DNA from: Hydrolagus colliei
Taxonomy: Eukaryota
Assembly (NCBI GenBank): GCA_035084275.1
Contig: CM068757.1
Span: 2,976,001-3,040,000 of the forward strand
DNA: 64,000 bases
Direction: 5' to 3'
Notes under the pieces: generated by a model
Told to the model about the DNA's origin: nothing
The model's database searches: none
What the model saw: only the letters and a program-made list of their open reading frames with translations
Part shown: positions 13,307 to 24,119 of the stretch, one piece after another
Position numbering within the stretch: position 1 is the stretch's first letter
Layout: every line of letters begins with the position of its first letter
Translations under genes and position numbers: made by a program

Positions 13307-13757
13307 TCACGCCATGTAAAACAGTTAAACGGAAAGAGGGATATTTGGTGATGTAATAACATCTCAAGAGAATCCAAATTCTATACAACTTGTGTGCAGC
13401 TTTTGAAGCATCCCTCACAAGGCAGTAAGTCACAAAAGAAAACGGACCCACTTGATGTCGGGATCACAGACCCCAAGCTTATTTTCGAGCTGCCCACATT
13501 ATTGTTTAAAGGCCGGGGTGCAGTCCAATGCAAACAACTCAAAAGCACAGGACAAAAGTACTGACTGGAAGGACACAGCCAGTGAAGTTTGTCTTCCTTC
13601 AGATGCTGACCGACTGGACTTGACTGTGTGTGTTGATAGATTCAGTGTTTGTTTCTGGTTTCCAATGGTTTGGTTTTGAATTCCTTATTAAACCAGTGTT
13701 ATTGGCAGTGAATCGCTTCCAGACACCCACCACTCCCAGGGTCAAAGGCGCTACATC

Positions 13758-14081
13758 TAATAATAATACTAATACCAATAATCCTTGCATTTGATAAAGC
13801 GTTTTTCACGTCTTCTAGACGTCTCAAAGCGCTTCACAGAATATACTGTAAAGTGAATTAACTGTATATTTGTGGGTGAAACGCAGCAGTCAATTGTGCG
13901 CAGCAGCGTCCCCCACAAACAGTCGCGGACTGAAACGACCAATATTTTTTCGAGGGATTATTATCAGATTATTTTTCATATTAATAATAACAATCCTTGC
14001 ATTCGTTGCAGCGCTTTTCACGTCTTTCCCCAGACGTCTCAAAGCGCTTCACAGAATATACTGTAAAGTGAATTGAACTGT
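13758..14081 (-). mobile_element. Two tandem 5'-truncated SINE copies (13758-13967 and 13981-14081) in the predicted FANCF 3'UTR
   Basis: Both contain tccttgcatt...agacgtctcaaagcgcttcacagaatatactgtaaagtgaatt. Confidence 0.9.
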
Positions 14082-14123
14082 ACTTGTGTGTGTGTATTTA
14101 TATATAGAGGGAGGGCGGGAGAT

Positions 14124-15149
14124 TCAAATGTTCTTCAACGCAAGGAGCAGGTCTGTCCAGACGCTGATGCCGGAGACGTCGAAGTCGCCGTCAGCGGCTC
14201 TGCGGGACATCAGCAGCTCCTCCGCCGCCTCCCTGACCGACGGCGGCCTCTCCTCCTCCTCCTCCTTCTCCTCCAGCAGAGCTCCGAACCGCCTCACCAG
14301 CCTCTCCCAGCCCCGCTCGGGCGACTCGTGAATCCAGCGGCCGGTACCGGCCTCGTACCGCATTCCCTGGGCCCAGCCGGTCAGCGCCCGCAGGTAGGCA
14401 GCCGCCAGGGCCGGGTGTCGGGAGGCGGCCCGGCTCAGCAAGTCCCCGGGGAGGCTGAGAAGTAGAGCCGAGCCTTCCCCCAGTAACCAGCGCAGCGCCA
14501 GCTCCTCGGGGCCGCCGCCGGCCTCCAGCATCAACTCCACGCCGTCGCCGTCACCCTCCCCACCGGACAGGCTAGGCCGCAGCAACCGCTCCTCCATCAT
14601 CACCTCCACCTCCTCGGCCGCCAACCCTACCTCTATCCGCTCCCGGAGCAGCTCCGCTTGCGTGGCCAGCACCGAGCCGTGTCGCCCCGACCCCGAGTCC
14701 CAGGCTTCCAACAGGAGCCGGGCCGCCGCTTTGGTCCTGAGCCCGGACCCCAGGCTCCGGCCTAGATCCAGGCCTGCGCGGCCGCTCCCGTCTCCCGGTG
14801 AAGTCGGGCAGCAGGCGGCCCGGTGGAAAGCGGCGGGGGAAGCGGACGGGTTGCCGAGCAGCGACACCCTCAGCGCTTCTACGCCGCCCGACAGCTGGTC
14901 GAAACTGAGCGGGTGACAACCCGACGGCAGCCCGGGGTCCCGGGCCTGGCCCTGCCGCTCCCTCAGCCTCTGCTCCAGGGCCTGGCGGAGGGCGGGTTCC
15001 CCCGCGAGGTGCGAGTGGAAGCGCTCTAGGTACCGGGCCCACTGGAAAGCCCGCCTGGCGGCCGCCTCGTCCCAGTGCCGGGCCCAGGGGCCTCGAGCCA
15101 CCGCTAACACCTCAGAGAAGCGCTCGACGCGTTCGACCACCCGCTCCAT
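14124..15149 (-). CDS. FANCF: Fanconi anemia group F protein, single coding exon (341 aa from ATG 15149; alternative in-frame ATG at 15155)
   Basis: Uninterrupted GC-rich ORF. N-terminus MERVVERVERFSEVLAVARGPWARHWDEAAARRAFQWARYL matches the recalled FANCF N-terminus (human MESLLQHLDRFSELLAVSST...WDPATVRRALQWARYL). C-terminus ADGDFDVSGISVWTDLLLAL matches the conserved FANCF end. Intronless and next to GAS2, as in human. The ORF-track start at 15191 is a TTG and is probably not used. Confidence 0.95.
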   Translation of the reverse strand: MERVVERVERFSEVLAVARGPWARHWDEAAARRAFQWARYLERFHSHLAGEPALRQALEQRLRERQGQARDPGLPSGCHPLSFDQLSGGVEALRVSLLGNPSASPAAFHRAACCPTSPGDGSGRAGLDLGRSLGSGLRTKAAARLLLEAWDSGSGRHGSVLATQAELLRERIEVGLAAEEVEVMMEERLLRPSLSGGEGDGDGVELMLEAGGGPEELALRWLLGEGSALLLSLPGDLLSRAASRHPALAAAYLRALTGWAQGMRYEAGTGRWIHESPERGWERLVRRFGALLEEKEEEEERPPSVREAAEELLMSRRAADGDFDVSGISVWTDLLLALKNI

Positions 15150-15188
15150 CGCCATGACGACTCCTCCTCCCCCTCCCACCGCCCGGGC

Positions 15189-15337
15189 CAACGGTCATCT
15201 GACTCCTCCGCCAAGGGTCACCTGACCCCCCTCCCCTCCCTAAGGGTCACCTGACTCCCTCACGTCAACGGCCACCTGACCCCTCCCCTCCCACCAACGG
15301 TCAACCCTCCCTCTCGTCAACGGTCACCTGTATGACC
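15189..15337. repeat. Six-copy imperfect tandem array, core (C/T)AA(C/G)GGTCACCTGAC with C-rich spacers
   Basis: Units start at 15189, 15212, 15241, 15266, 15295 and 15318 (spacing 23, 29, 25, 29, 23 nt). Confidence 0.85.
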
Positions 15338-16320
15338 CACCCACCCAACCTACCTCTGTGACCTCCTAACCCCTGCCCCCCCCCCTCCAACTCCTAACCA
15401 ACCTTTCCCGCCCCGTCCCTCCGCAAGACCCACCCTCACCCGCCCCACCACTGGCGGGCGATCCTTCAGCCAATCTGCCCCCGACCTCTGGAACCCTATC
15501 CCTCAGTCCCTCGACCTCAGTCCCAACGACTGTCCAACGCCTTGGGACGAACTCCTGAAGTGAAAGGCGCCTGACAAGGCTCGTGTTGTTGTTAAATCAG
15601 CACGTAACCTCGGAGTTGCCTCAGCTCTGCGGTGCCTCCCGCGTACCTCCCACCCCCAGCCCTTTTAGCAGCGGGACCAGCTTTTGGAAGCTCAAGTTCA
15701 CTCCCCGCAGGCCCAGCGTATTCCAAGCGCCTAGATCCCAAGCGGCAGAAATGACAAGGTCGGAAGGAGATGTATGTACGGATGAGGAAGGCTTTTCGGT
15801 CAACCTCTTCTCATCCTGATCGTCTTCCCGTTGGAACATCCAGCTGTCAAATGAGTTGAAATGCACTCACCTCAATCACCCTTCTCTGTAACACAATTCC
15901 AATTGCCACGAGAGTGCAAACGAAAGGTCTTTTGGCTTAGTGCGTATCTCCCTTGCAGACGACTTGCCGCACCCATCTCCCCTTTGCAGTGTTCAAGGGT
16001 TTTCAACATCTATGAATAAAAAGGATAGTCTAACCTTGTCAAGTGTCACATTTTTCTATTAAATCCATTGTTTGTGCAATATTGTATCTGAGCAAAACAA
16101 TTACCAAGCTACCCAAATAGGAGCAACACTCAATATTGTAGAACCACTGCAACCCACAGAATTAATCTCTTTTCTAACAGTGAATCGGAAATAGGTTGCT
16201 GATTTTTCACTCTGATGACCTTGGGCAATGATATTGTATAGTTAATAACATCTCCGTTTTATTTATAGAACAAGCCTAGTATTAAAAAAGTATGTGTGCC
16301 TCTTTCTCCTCTCTTGGTCT

Positions 16321-16340
16321 GTGTGTGTGTGTGTGTGTGT
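16321..16340. repeat. (GT)10 microsatellite
   Basis: Direct reading. Confidence 0.95.
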
Positions 16341-16920
16341 ATGTCTTTTTGGACTGAGTGTCTGTCTGTCTTTCTCGTAGAATGTTAGTCGCTTTGTGTC
16401 TGGGAGTGTGTGTCTCTCTGGGTCAGTGTGTCTGTGCGCGGTCCTGGGCTCTGAGAGACAGGAGGTGGGAGCTCCTGTTGTCTTGGAGTCAGGACATTGG
16501 TTCTGAGTGTTTCTTGGCTGATCTCCGTGCACTTTGGGCCCACTCTAGTGTCCCCATCCCACCCCCCTCCCATTATGACTCACCCAGTTTTTGTCAAGAA
16601 AGAAGTTAATAAAAATATTTTGCAACAATCTAATACAGCAGGTATGATTTCCTCATGTTTAGTTTTTGTTAATAAAGTGCAAAAATGTAGGTTGGCATTA
16701 AAATGTACCACAATAGCAACAATCAACATCGCAACTTTCTGCAAAAATTTGGCATGTTTCCCCGCAATTTGGGGCAGAAATTTCCACAGTTTTCTATTGG
16801 CCCAGACAATAGTGCAGGAAACTATATAGGATCAAGAGATTCCCTAATCTATCAACGGTCTATAGTCATTCACTAGTTTATTCCTAGGACTTAGCATTGG
16901 ATGATATTCATAAATGCATT

Positions 16921-17216
16921 CATAGAATCATAAAATCTTTACAACACAGGAGACTATTTGGCACGTTGTATATGTAGAGTTAACTCCCTCGCTGGAGTTA
17001 TTTTCTTTGATCCTATTTCCTTGCAATTCCCTTGTAACCTTTTAATTTTTTTTTATCAAGCATTTGGGCAACTGCTGTTTAAATGCTGGTTTGGATTCAG
17101 CTTCAACAGCCTTGTGTGGTAAGGGATTCCATATTCTAAACATCCATTGTACAACATTTTTTTTAACCTTTTTTTCTGATGATAATCCTCAAATTATGCC
17201 CACTGGTTACTGACCT
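16921..17216 (-). mobile_element. Decayed CR1-type LINE 3' end
   Basis: catagaatcata is the reverse complement of the CR1 terminal (ATTCTATG)n repeat; it is followed by ...cttcaacagcc...ggtaagggattccatattcta...ttatgcccactggtt, typical of the antisense CR1 ORF2 end. Confidence 0.65.
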
Positions 17217-17694
17217 ACACTATACCAAATGATATAGGTGCTGAGAAAAAGCAACACATTTTCTGTGTGCGGTGTTTACACAGAGATGAAGGTAAATTAA
17301 TATCAGGGTTGAGACTTAAAACTGAGTTCAGAGAAATAATAATTGTTCACCATATATAATCTATAGTCATTCACATCCACAAAAGTGCTTTCAAATGGAA
17401 AATGACCATGTGGTGTGTTTAAAATTTTGAATAATAGAATCCAAATGTTAAACGGTCGTGATCATAACTGCAAAATAACATTTGAATAAAACCAATATTT
17501 ATTCTACTTTTTGATTTCATTATTCTAACACATGCACAGCAGATGTATCACCTCATTTGTATAATATCCCTTTTCTCACACCTAATTTCTATGGCAAAGT
17601 CCAGATGGAGTGAACTGAAGAAGTTTACAGTAACCAAAAATGATCCTATATAATGTATGTAATGAATGTTATCCCCTGCAGATTATTTAATGTT

Positions 17695-18088
17695 AGCCTG
17701 GCTCAGTTAGTAGCGCCTGCCCAAATCAGAAGTTTATGGTTTCATGCAATTTATTGGGACTTTGAGCTCAGTCTAGGTGGACACCAATACTTTATTAGGA
17801 GAGGTGTCTGCTTGAGCTGCTATCCTTCAAATGAAATGTCAATGTGCCTGTTCATGTCTTGTGAAAGATTCCATGGAGCTATTTGAAGAGTGAAGAGTAG
17901 CTCAATTCCCTGGTCAACAATTTCTTAGACGAACAAAAATCAGGTTGATTTCAGGCTGAACAAGGCTGATTGTGGGGCATTGTATACAAATCAATTGCTG
18001 CATTTAACTACAAATAACACAGCCACTACACTCTACAGAAAACTCTGAATCATTTTGAGATGTTTCAACATGATAAGGCGCTATATCA
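17695..18088 (+). mobile_element. Old Deu-domain SINE (SacSINE1/AmnSINE1-like), diverged
   Basis: Head ggctcagttagtagc...cagaag; core aaagattccatggagctatttgaagag...ccctggtcaacaatt; tail tgataaggcgctatatc. Resemblance is to recalled consensus sequences. Confidence 0.65.
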
Positions 18089-18679
18089 TGTTGCACACAT
18101 ATATAGTCAATTCACTTTACAGTATATTCTGTGAAACGCTTTGAGACGTCTACAACATGTTAAAAAAAATTCTAAGCGAAGACAATAATTTCAGATGAGA
18201 TACACCAATGTACAGATGGTACATTTAAGTAATGTTACAATCTCAGATCATACCAGAAAATGACACTTCTATAAACTCCCACTTGTTCAGAGTTTAGAAT
18301 ACAATCTCGCCCCCAACCATTTCTTATCCGATTCCAAAACAAAACTTTCTCATCCTTTCTGATATGTGTATATTCTATCATTTAATGACAACTCATCATG
18401 AACCAACTGAACAATACATTCTTGTGCTACCAGAACTGCATGCACTCTCCACTGGCTAACACATTGAAACAGATATTGCAGCATAAACTAATATAACACA
18501 CATTGAAATAAATTAAGGAATGGGATGTTGGGAAAATAATATCAAGATAACATTATTTATTGGTTCTAATCCAATCTAAAACAATTTATAAAATTGCTAA
18601 GAATGAATCACACTAGCGTTACTGATTAAATTAAACGCTTGCCTGTTATGTGACATTATTTCTGGATCTAAAAACCAGG

Positions 18680-19032
18680 GACTTTGAATTCACACAATCT
18701 GGGCTAACCACTCCAAAGCAGTACAGGCTGGAGGGCTGCGATTCGGATGAAAAGGCAAAGCGAGGTCCCGTCTGCCCGTTCAGGTGCACAATAAAGATCC
18801 CTTGGTACCACTTGAAAAGAGAAGGGAGTTTGCCTCAAGTGTCCTGACCAACAACCCCCCAGTTAAAATTGGCTATTCGCTTCATGAGCATTTGTGAGTT
18901 ATTGCTGTGTGCAAATTGGCTGCTATAATACTCAGTCATTATATGTTACAGTAAATCACATGAAGCGCTTTGAAACAGCCTCCCCATATGAAAGGCACTA
19001 CAGTATATCAAACGCAAGGATTATTATTATTA
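18680..19032 (+). mobile_element. Deu-domain SINE
   Basis: ttcggatgaaaaggcaaagcgaggtcccgtctgcccgttcaggtgcacaataaagatcccttggtaccacttgaaaagagaagggagtttgcctcaagtgtcctgaccaac closely follows the recalled Deu core; ends caaggattattattatt. Confidence 0.8.
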
Positions 19033-19423
19033 CAGTGTACCTGTACTAAGTGGAGAAACAGGTTATTGCTGGTGGCAATACGTCTTTCGGACAGGTCCCA
19101 TCGGGTCAGCCTTCCAACAATCAGATCATTGAGTTTAGAATAGAGCCTGTGTGGTGATGTAATCACATTGCCTACCATATGTCCACACTGCTACTTAAGC
19201 TGTAGCAGACAGGTTGCCACTGCAAATGTCGTGAGGTATACACATATACCCCTTATCTGACCACCACAACAGTACTTTAATGAGCTCTAACGTTTTAGAT
19301 CCATATCAAAGAGGAGAATAGCTGGCTAGAGTAATAAGATTGTCACTTATAATAATGATGATAATAATCCTTGCATTTGTTGTAGTGTTTTTCACAACTT
19401 CTAGACGTCTCAAAGCGTTTCAC

Positions 19424-19726
19424 GGTGGAGTCCTGTGGCACAGTGGTTAGAGCACACGCCTTACAAGCGAGAGACTTGAGTTCAATTCCAGACAGGGCGA
19501 AACCTTGGGCAAGTTTCCTCACTCCACACGCCTAGTAATAATCCCTCAAAAAAAAATTGGTCATTTCAACCCAAGACTGTTTGTGGGATGCTGCTGTGTG
19601 CACATTGGCTGCTGCATTTTGTCCACAAATACTAGTCAATTCACTTTACAGTATATTCTGCGAAGGCGCTTTGAGACGTCTAGAAGACGTGAAAAGCGTT
19701 ATATCAAAAATGCAAGGATTATTATT
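19424..19726 (+). mobile_element. Full-length SINE inserted into a minus-strand SINE (host pieces 19351-19423 and 19727-19881)
   Basis: Complete head, body and tail; the flanks are contiguous parts of the reverse-complement family consensus. Confidence 0.9.
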
Positions 19727-20335
19727 ACTGTAAAGTGAATTGACTGTATATTTGCGTGGCAGCCAAACACGCACAGCCACAGACAATCACGGATTGAGTG
19801 ACCAAATTATTCTTGTTTTGTTTTCTTGAGAGATTATGATCAGTGGGGTGTGGAGTAAGGAAATGTGCCCAAGGGTTCACCTTAATCTTGAAATCTTAAT
19901 AAATGGACATACAGAATAACTCAAAACAGCCATGAACAGCGAATTCACAACCCTATCTCAAACATCCCCTCCACCCCTGCCTAATTACCTCTGTACGTGT
20001 TCCAGATATTAATGAACTGTAATGATTCCAGTACTGGACATTATGAGTAATTGATTTTGGGGGTTTTTTTTTGCTAAAAGAAAAATGTGTCCAAACACAC
20101 ACACGCACACTTCAGCATGGAATTCTCGTTTAAAAAAAAAATAGGCAGGGGAAAAAAAAATCTGCTTTTTTTTTGGTCAGATGCTGTAATACAATATGTC
20201 AAGGTTCCAGGGGTAAATCATTGACATATCATAGGGAGTGGAAAGATATTTGTAAGCCATCGACTTCCGTTCACATTTTTGACAGGACGATGAGAATGTG
20301 TGGGAAACTGCGGTGTGTGTGATACTGTAGTGTCC

Positions 20336-20486
20336 ACACGCACACACACACACACAGAGATAGATAGATGTAGAAAAAGAGAAAAAATAAGAGAGAGAGA
20401 GAAAAAAAAACCCTAATGAGTGGAAGGATCGGTCATGCCAGCGGCTAGAGAGAGAGAGAGAGAGAAGGAAAGAGAGAAAGAGAGAG
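20336..20486. repeat. Compound (CA)n/(GA)n purine-rich low-complexity tract
   Basis: Direct reading: CA run followed by several GA and A runs. Confidence 0.85.
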
Positions 20487-20707
20487 GTTACTGCTGTCTG
20501 ATCCGCAGATGTGTGCAAACAAGAGCTCTGTCCATCTCCATCTACCCCCATCCGCACTGGGTTGTGTTGCATTGCAGGAGAAACTGAGTTGAGACCAGCG
20601 TCAAAGGAGCAGCACCAACTAGTTGGGTGAGGTGGAACGCAGTGATTGATCTGCCTGTACATTTCAGTTACTTCCAAGGCAACCGTTAACCAGAAATAAA
20701 GCATGAA

Positions 20708-20718
20708 ATATATATATA

Positions 20719-20765
<47 letters not shown>

Positions 20766-20770
20766 ATATA
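20708..20770. repeat. (AT)n/(CT)n microsatellite
   Basis: Direct reading. Confidence 0.9.
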
Positions 20771-22480
20771 AAAAATGTCTCTGTCTATAATATAACATAT
20801 AAGGGCTTTTTTTTCCTACATCTGTGATACATTGGGTGGGGGAATATATACATTTATGTATGTGTGTGTGTATGTATATATATTTATTTATAGAATCAAT
20901 CAATTATATATATATCTATGTCCTTGCACTTTGCATCACAATCTAATTGAATCAGCTTTTCTTTTTTTTGGGGGGGGGAAGTTGGGATGAGGAGTTGGGT
21001 GGGGGGAGAGGGATTGAAATCTGAATATATATATATATATATATAAAGATGTATCTGGAAGCAGAAAATAAAATACCTTTCTGCTCATTTCAGTTCACTA
21101 ATTTGTCTTGCCACTCTCACGACCAAATCAGTCATTTGATGCATGACAGAAGTCACTGTTTGTGCGTGTGTGTGCGTGTGGCTGTATACATCTGCATGTT
21201 TTGACTTTGGAGAGGAGGAGGGTGGAAAGTGTTGAGATTTGCTTACATTTGCAACCAAGTAGAAAGAGAAAACGTATTCACTTTCCAGATCTCTCACGTT
21301 TGAGTCACTGCAAAACATCTGTCTGGGGAAAGAGAAACAGAGAGTGAAAATATATGTAGCTTTTTCACTTTTTAAAGGGGTTTCTCTCGACTCTTGAATA
21401 GTTTGCAGGCATCTGTCCCAGTAAGGATGGCGGTGTTGGCTGCTGTAATAAAGCAGTTATTTATTGCAATTTGGTTTCAATCAACACCCAAATTACACTG
21501 GAGGATTTGACAAGACTCGTTTTATTTAGGCAGCTTCTTTTTATTTCTATAATGACCAAAATGCTGGTAAATATGCCAATGAAATTACAGCTGATTGCTT
21601 GCTTCCTCCACTACACCCCCGCCCCCTCAACCACCCCAACTCCACCACCACTCACCAACACACTCCCATTATGTGTTGTCCATTTATAAATAAGTTTGAT
21701 AGCTCAAGTTACAAATGAGGGGAAAAACATTGTAATCTTACTCCTTTGCTAAGACGATGGAATAAATGCTCTACTGTAGAGCCTTATATGAAAAAAAACA
21801 CTGTTCATTTAGAAAAGGGTGGATTTCATCCAGCAGTGTGTTGAAAATGCAACACCAAGAGCCACTTAGACATTTGTAAACTCCTCTGTCTGAACCAGGT
21901 CACTCAGGTAGACAATGCAGTTTGGAGAGAGAGAGAGAGATGCAAACTCATTCTCAGGTTCAAAAAGGGCTGTTCTGAATTGGGATAGAGTTGGACGACA
22001 CAGCAGCAAGGCAACACTGTACTAAAGTTACAGTCCCATCTAAGTGTTCTCCATCTGTGTGCAGAGTGGCTCCAAACTGTGCTGTAGTTCTGGAGCAAGG
22101 TAAAAAAAAAACGACTGTATTTTTATGTTGCCTGATGTAAATTTGTTTTCTTCTGGGTTGGAAAAAAAACAATTGTCCAACTCTTAAGATACTTCTTATA
22201 GATTATGAATGAAACTAGCACCTACACCAGTTAATAGAATTGTATTATATTAGGTTTGCATCAAATGTGAGTATATTTTCTTTACAACCTAGACATTGTT
22301 TACTTATTTGAATGAAAGATAAACACCACATCATCTCAATTAAGAAGGATGTTTGTGTCAAGTGTATCATTACCTGGATGATTAAAATTTCTATATTTGT
22401 GTTACTTCCTAGCAACTTGCTTGAATATTGAATAACGCTTTTTTTTGTTGTTGCCATTTTAGATATTAAAAGCGGATAAG

Positions 22481-22622
22481 ATGTGCAGCACATTTAATCC
22501 CAAGGAGCCTGGACCAAGTCTTTCTGATGTGAATCAATATAGTCAGTGGCTGGCAAGCAGGCACGAAGCTAGTTTACTTCCAATGAAAGAGGACTTGGCT
22601 TTGTGGTTGACAAATTTACTAG
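22481..22622 (+). CDS. GAS2: GAS2 coding exon 1 (start codon, beginning of CH domain)
   Basis: Encodes [48 protein letters not shown]. Acceptor tttttgttgttgccattttAG at 22461-22462 leaves 18 nt of 5'UTR. Donor G|GTAAGG at 22623. 142 nt, phase 1. Confidence 0.95.
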
Positions 22623-23875
22623 GTAAGGTTACAGTTGTAATGCTAAATATTTTATTAAAATCATAAAAACAACAACAGTAACTTGTTCAAGGGCTGTGGA
22701 AGTAGTTCGGTCTTAGAACACAGCCCCCTGGGAAGAGTGTCTGGTTCCTTGAAGCAGAATATGAAATGGATACTCTCTTTTTTCCCCCAAAAAAAGGAAT
22801 CGGGTATGTGTTGAAGCTTTACATGCTTTAGTTTGCGATTGCATACTGTATTTGTAAGGCCAATCTGTAAGGGGCATAAACTGAACGGTCAAGGTTTTCA
22901 TGGTTTAGAGCCTTTAAAATCAAAATAGAAGAGCTTTGCATTTCAGTTGAGAAGTCTGGTAAATCAGGCTGCGCATTTCATTCATGCGCAGCTTGTCCAG
23001 TGTTCTAAATGAAATCGCCAACCGCAGGGAAATGTCTAACAAGATGAATGTCTGTGAAACATTCCCCTCCTGTCTTCTCCTCCTGGAGTGAGTCTTCTCA
23101 CAAAAGACCAAAATATTGGTTAAAAAAAAGTACAATATATTTCATTCAATCCAACCAGATACACGTGATAGCTGTTTGTGACATATTGCTGTGCTACCAC
23201 ATTCACCCACAAAATACACCCATCACTATACTTTACCGTAAATCTTGTGAGGAGGCCTCGTGACGTGAATAGTGCAATATCAAATGCTGTACAAGGATTT
23301 TTTTTTATTCCAGAAGTGATATGTCCCTTGATTTCAGTGTCACAGGCTCCACCCCAATCCATGGATAATTCATGTTCATATTCTACGTTATTACCTGAAA
23401 AAAGCATGTAACCCATTCTTAAACGGATATTCATCCACTACCTGTTTTCAAACTATGCTCATGAAACACTGATTCATTTAGATGCAAGTCTTTTTCTACA
23501 TCTGTTGCATGGGCAGGGAATTGATTTGTCTATTCTTGTTACGTTTGTACCAAACTTCTTTTTTGAAGTTTGCATCACAACCTAAATTAAATTGTACAGT
23601 TACATCTGCAATACTATATTTCTAGTATGTTAAGGTCACATTTCGTTTTATGTTTTTTTTCTGATGTAAATAAATCAAAATCTGTCACTATTTCAATTTA
23701 AAATCTTGGAATAATCTTGTTACTATTTGAAATAGTTTTATTGTATTTTTTTTGAAGGTAGGGAGCCCAACACTGCACACAATATTCCAATGATTTGTAC
23801 AATTCTAATCTGTTCTAATTGATAATCAAATGTATTAGAGATGTATTCCAGTAATTGATTTGCCTTATCGACAAA

Positions 23876-24119
23876 TGAGGGCGAAAACTTGAGCATTTTT
23901 CCTTACTCCACACATCTAATAATAATCCCTCAAAAATTAAACAATAAGTTTGTCATTTCAATCCATGATTGTTTGTGGGACACTGCTGTGCGCAATTGGC
24001 TGTCAGTTTTCGCCCACAAATATACAGTCAATTCCCTTTACAGTATATTTTGTGAAGCGCTTTGAGATGTCTAGAAGATGTGAAAAGCTCTATATCAAAT
24101 GCAAGGATTATTACTATTA
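23876..24119 (+). mobile_element. 5'-truncated dominant SINE (a further diverged fragment at about 24256-24400)
   Basis: tttccttactccacacatctaataataatccctc...ctatatcaaatgcaaggattatta. Confidence 0.88.

Larger units (their letters stand above)
14110..15790. promoter_or_regulatory. CpG island covering FANCF and its promoter (candidate bidirectional FANCF/GAS2 promoter)
   Basis: Sharp rise in GC and CpG density against the AT-rich flanks. GC boxes (cccgcccc) near 15407 and 15439; CCAAT box (agccaat) near 15468-15474. Confidence 0.8.

Noticed and set aside
14073-15042. Overlapping ORFs of 68-156 aa on both strands of FANCF
   Set aside because: Expected from stop-codon scarcity in very GC-rich DNA; no recognisable homology.
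15189-15337. CRISPR-like repeat and spacer appearance
   Set aside because: Eukaryotic context, degenerate ~16-nt repeats, short low-complexity spacers and no cas genes.
15865-15872. Perfect minus-strand donor AG|GTGAGT upstream of FANCF
   Set aside because: No polypyrimidine acceptor before the FANCF ATG, and FANCF is known as intronless; likely chance.
20177-20704. 175-aa minus-strand ORF
   Set aside because: It runs through microsatellites, giving LSLSLS and CVCVC low-complexity sequence; no domain evidence.
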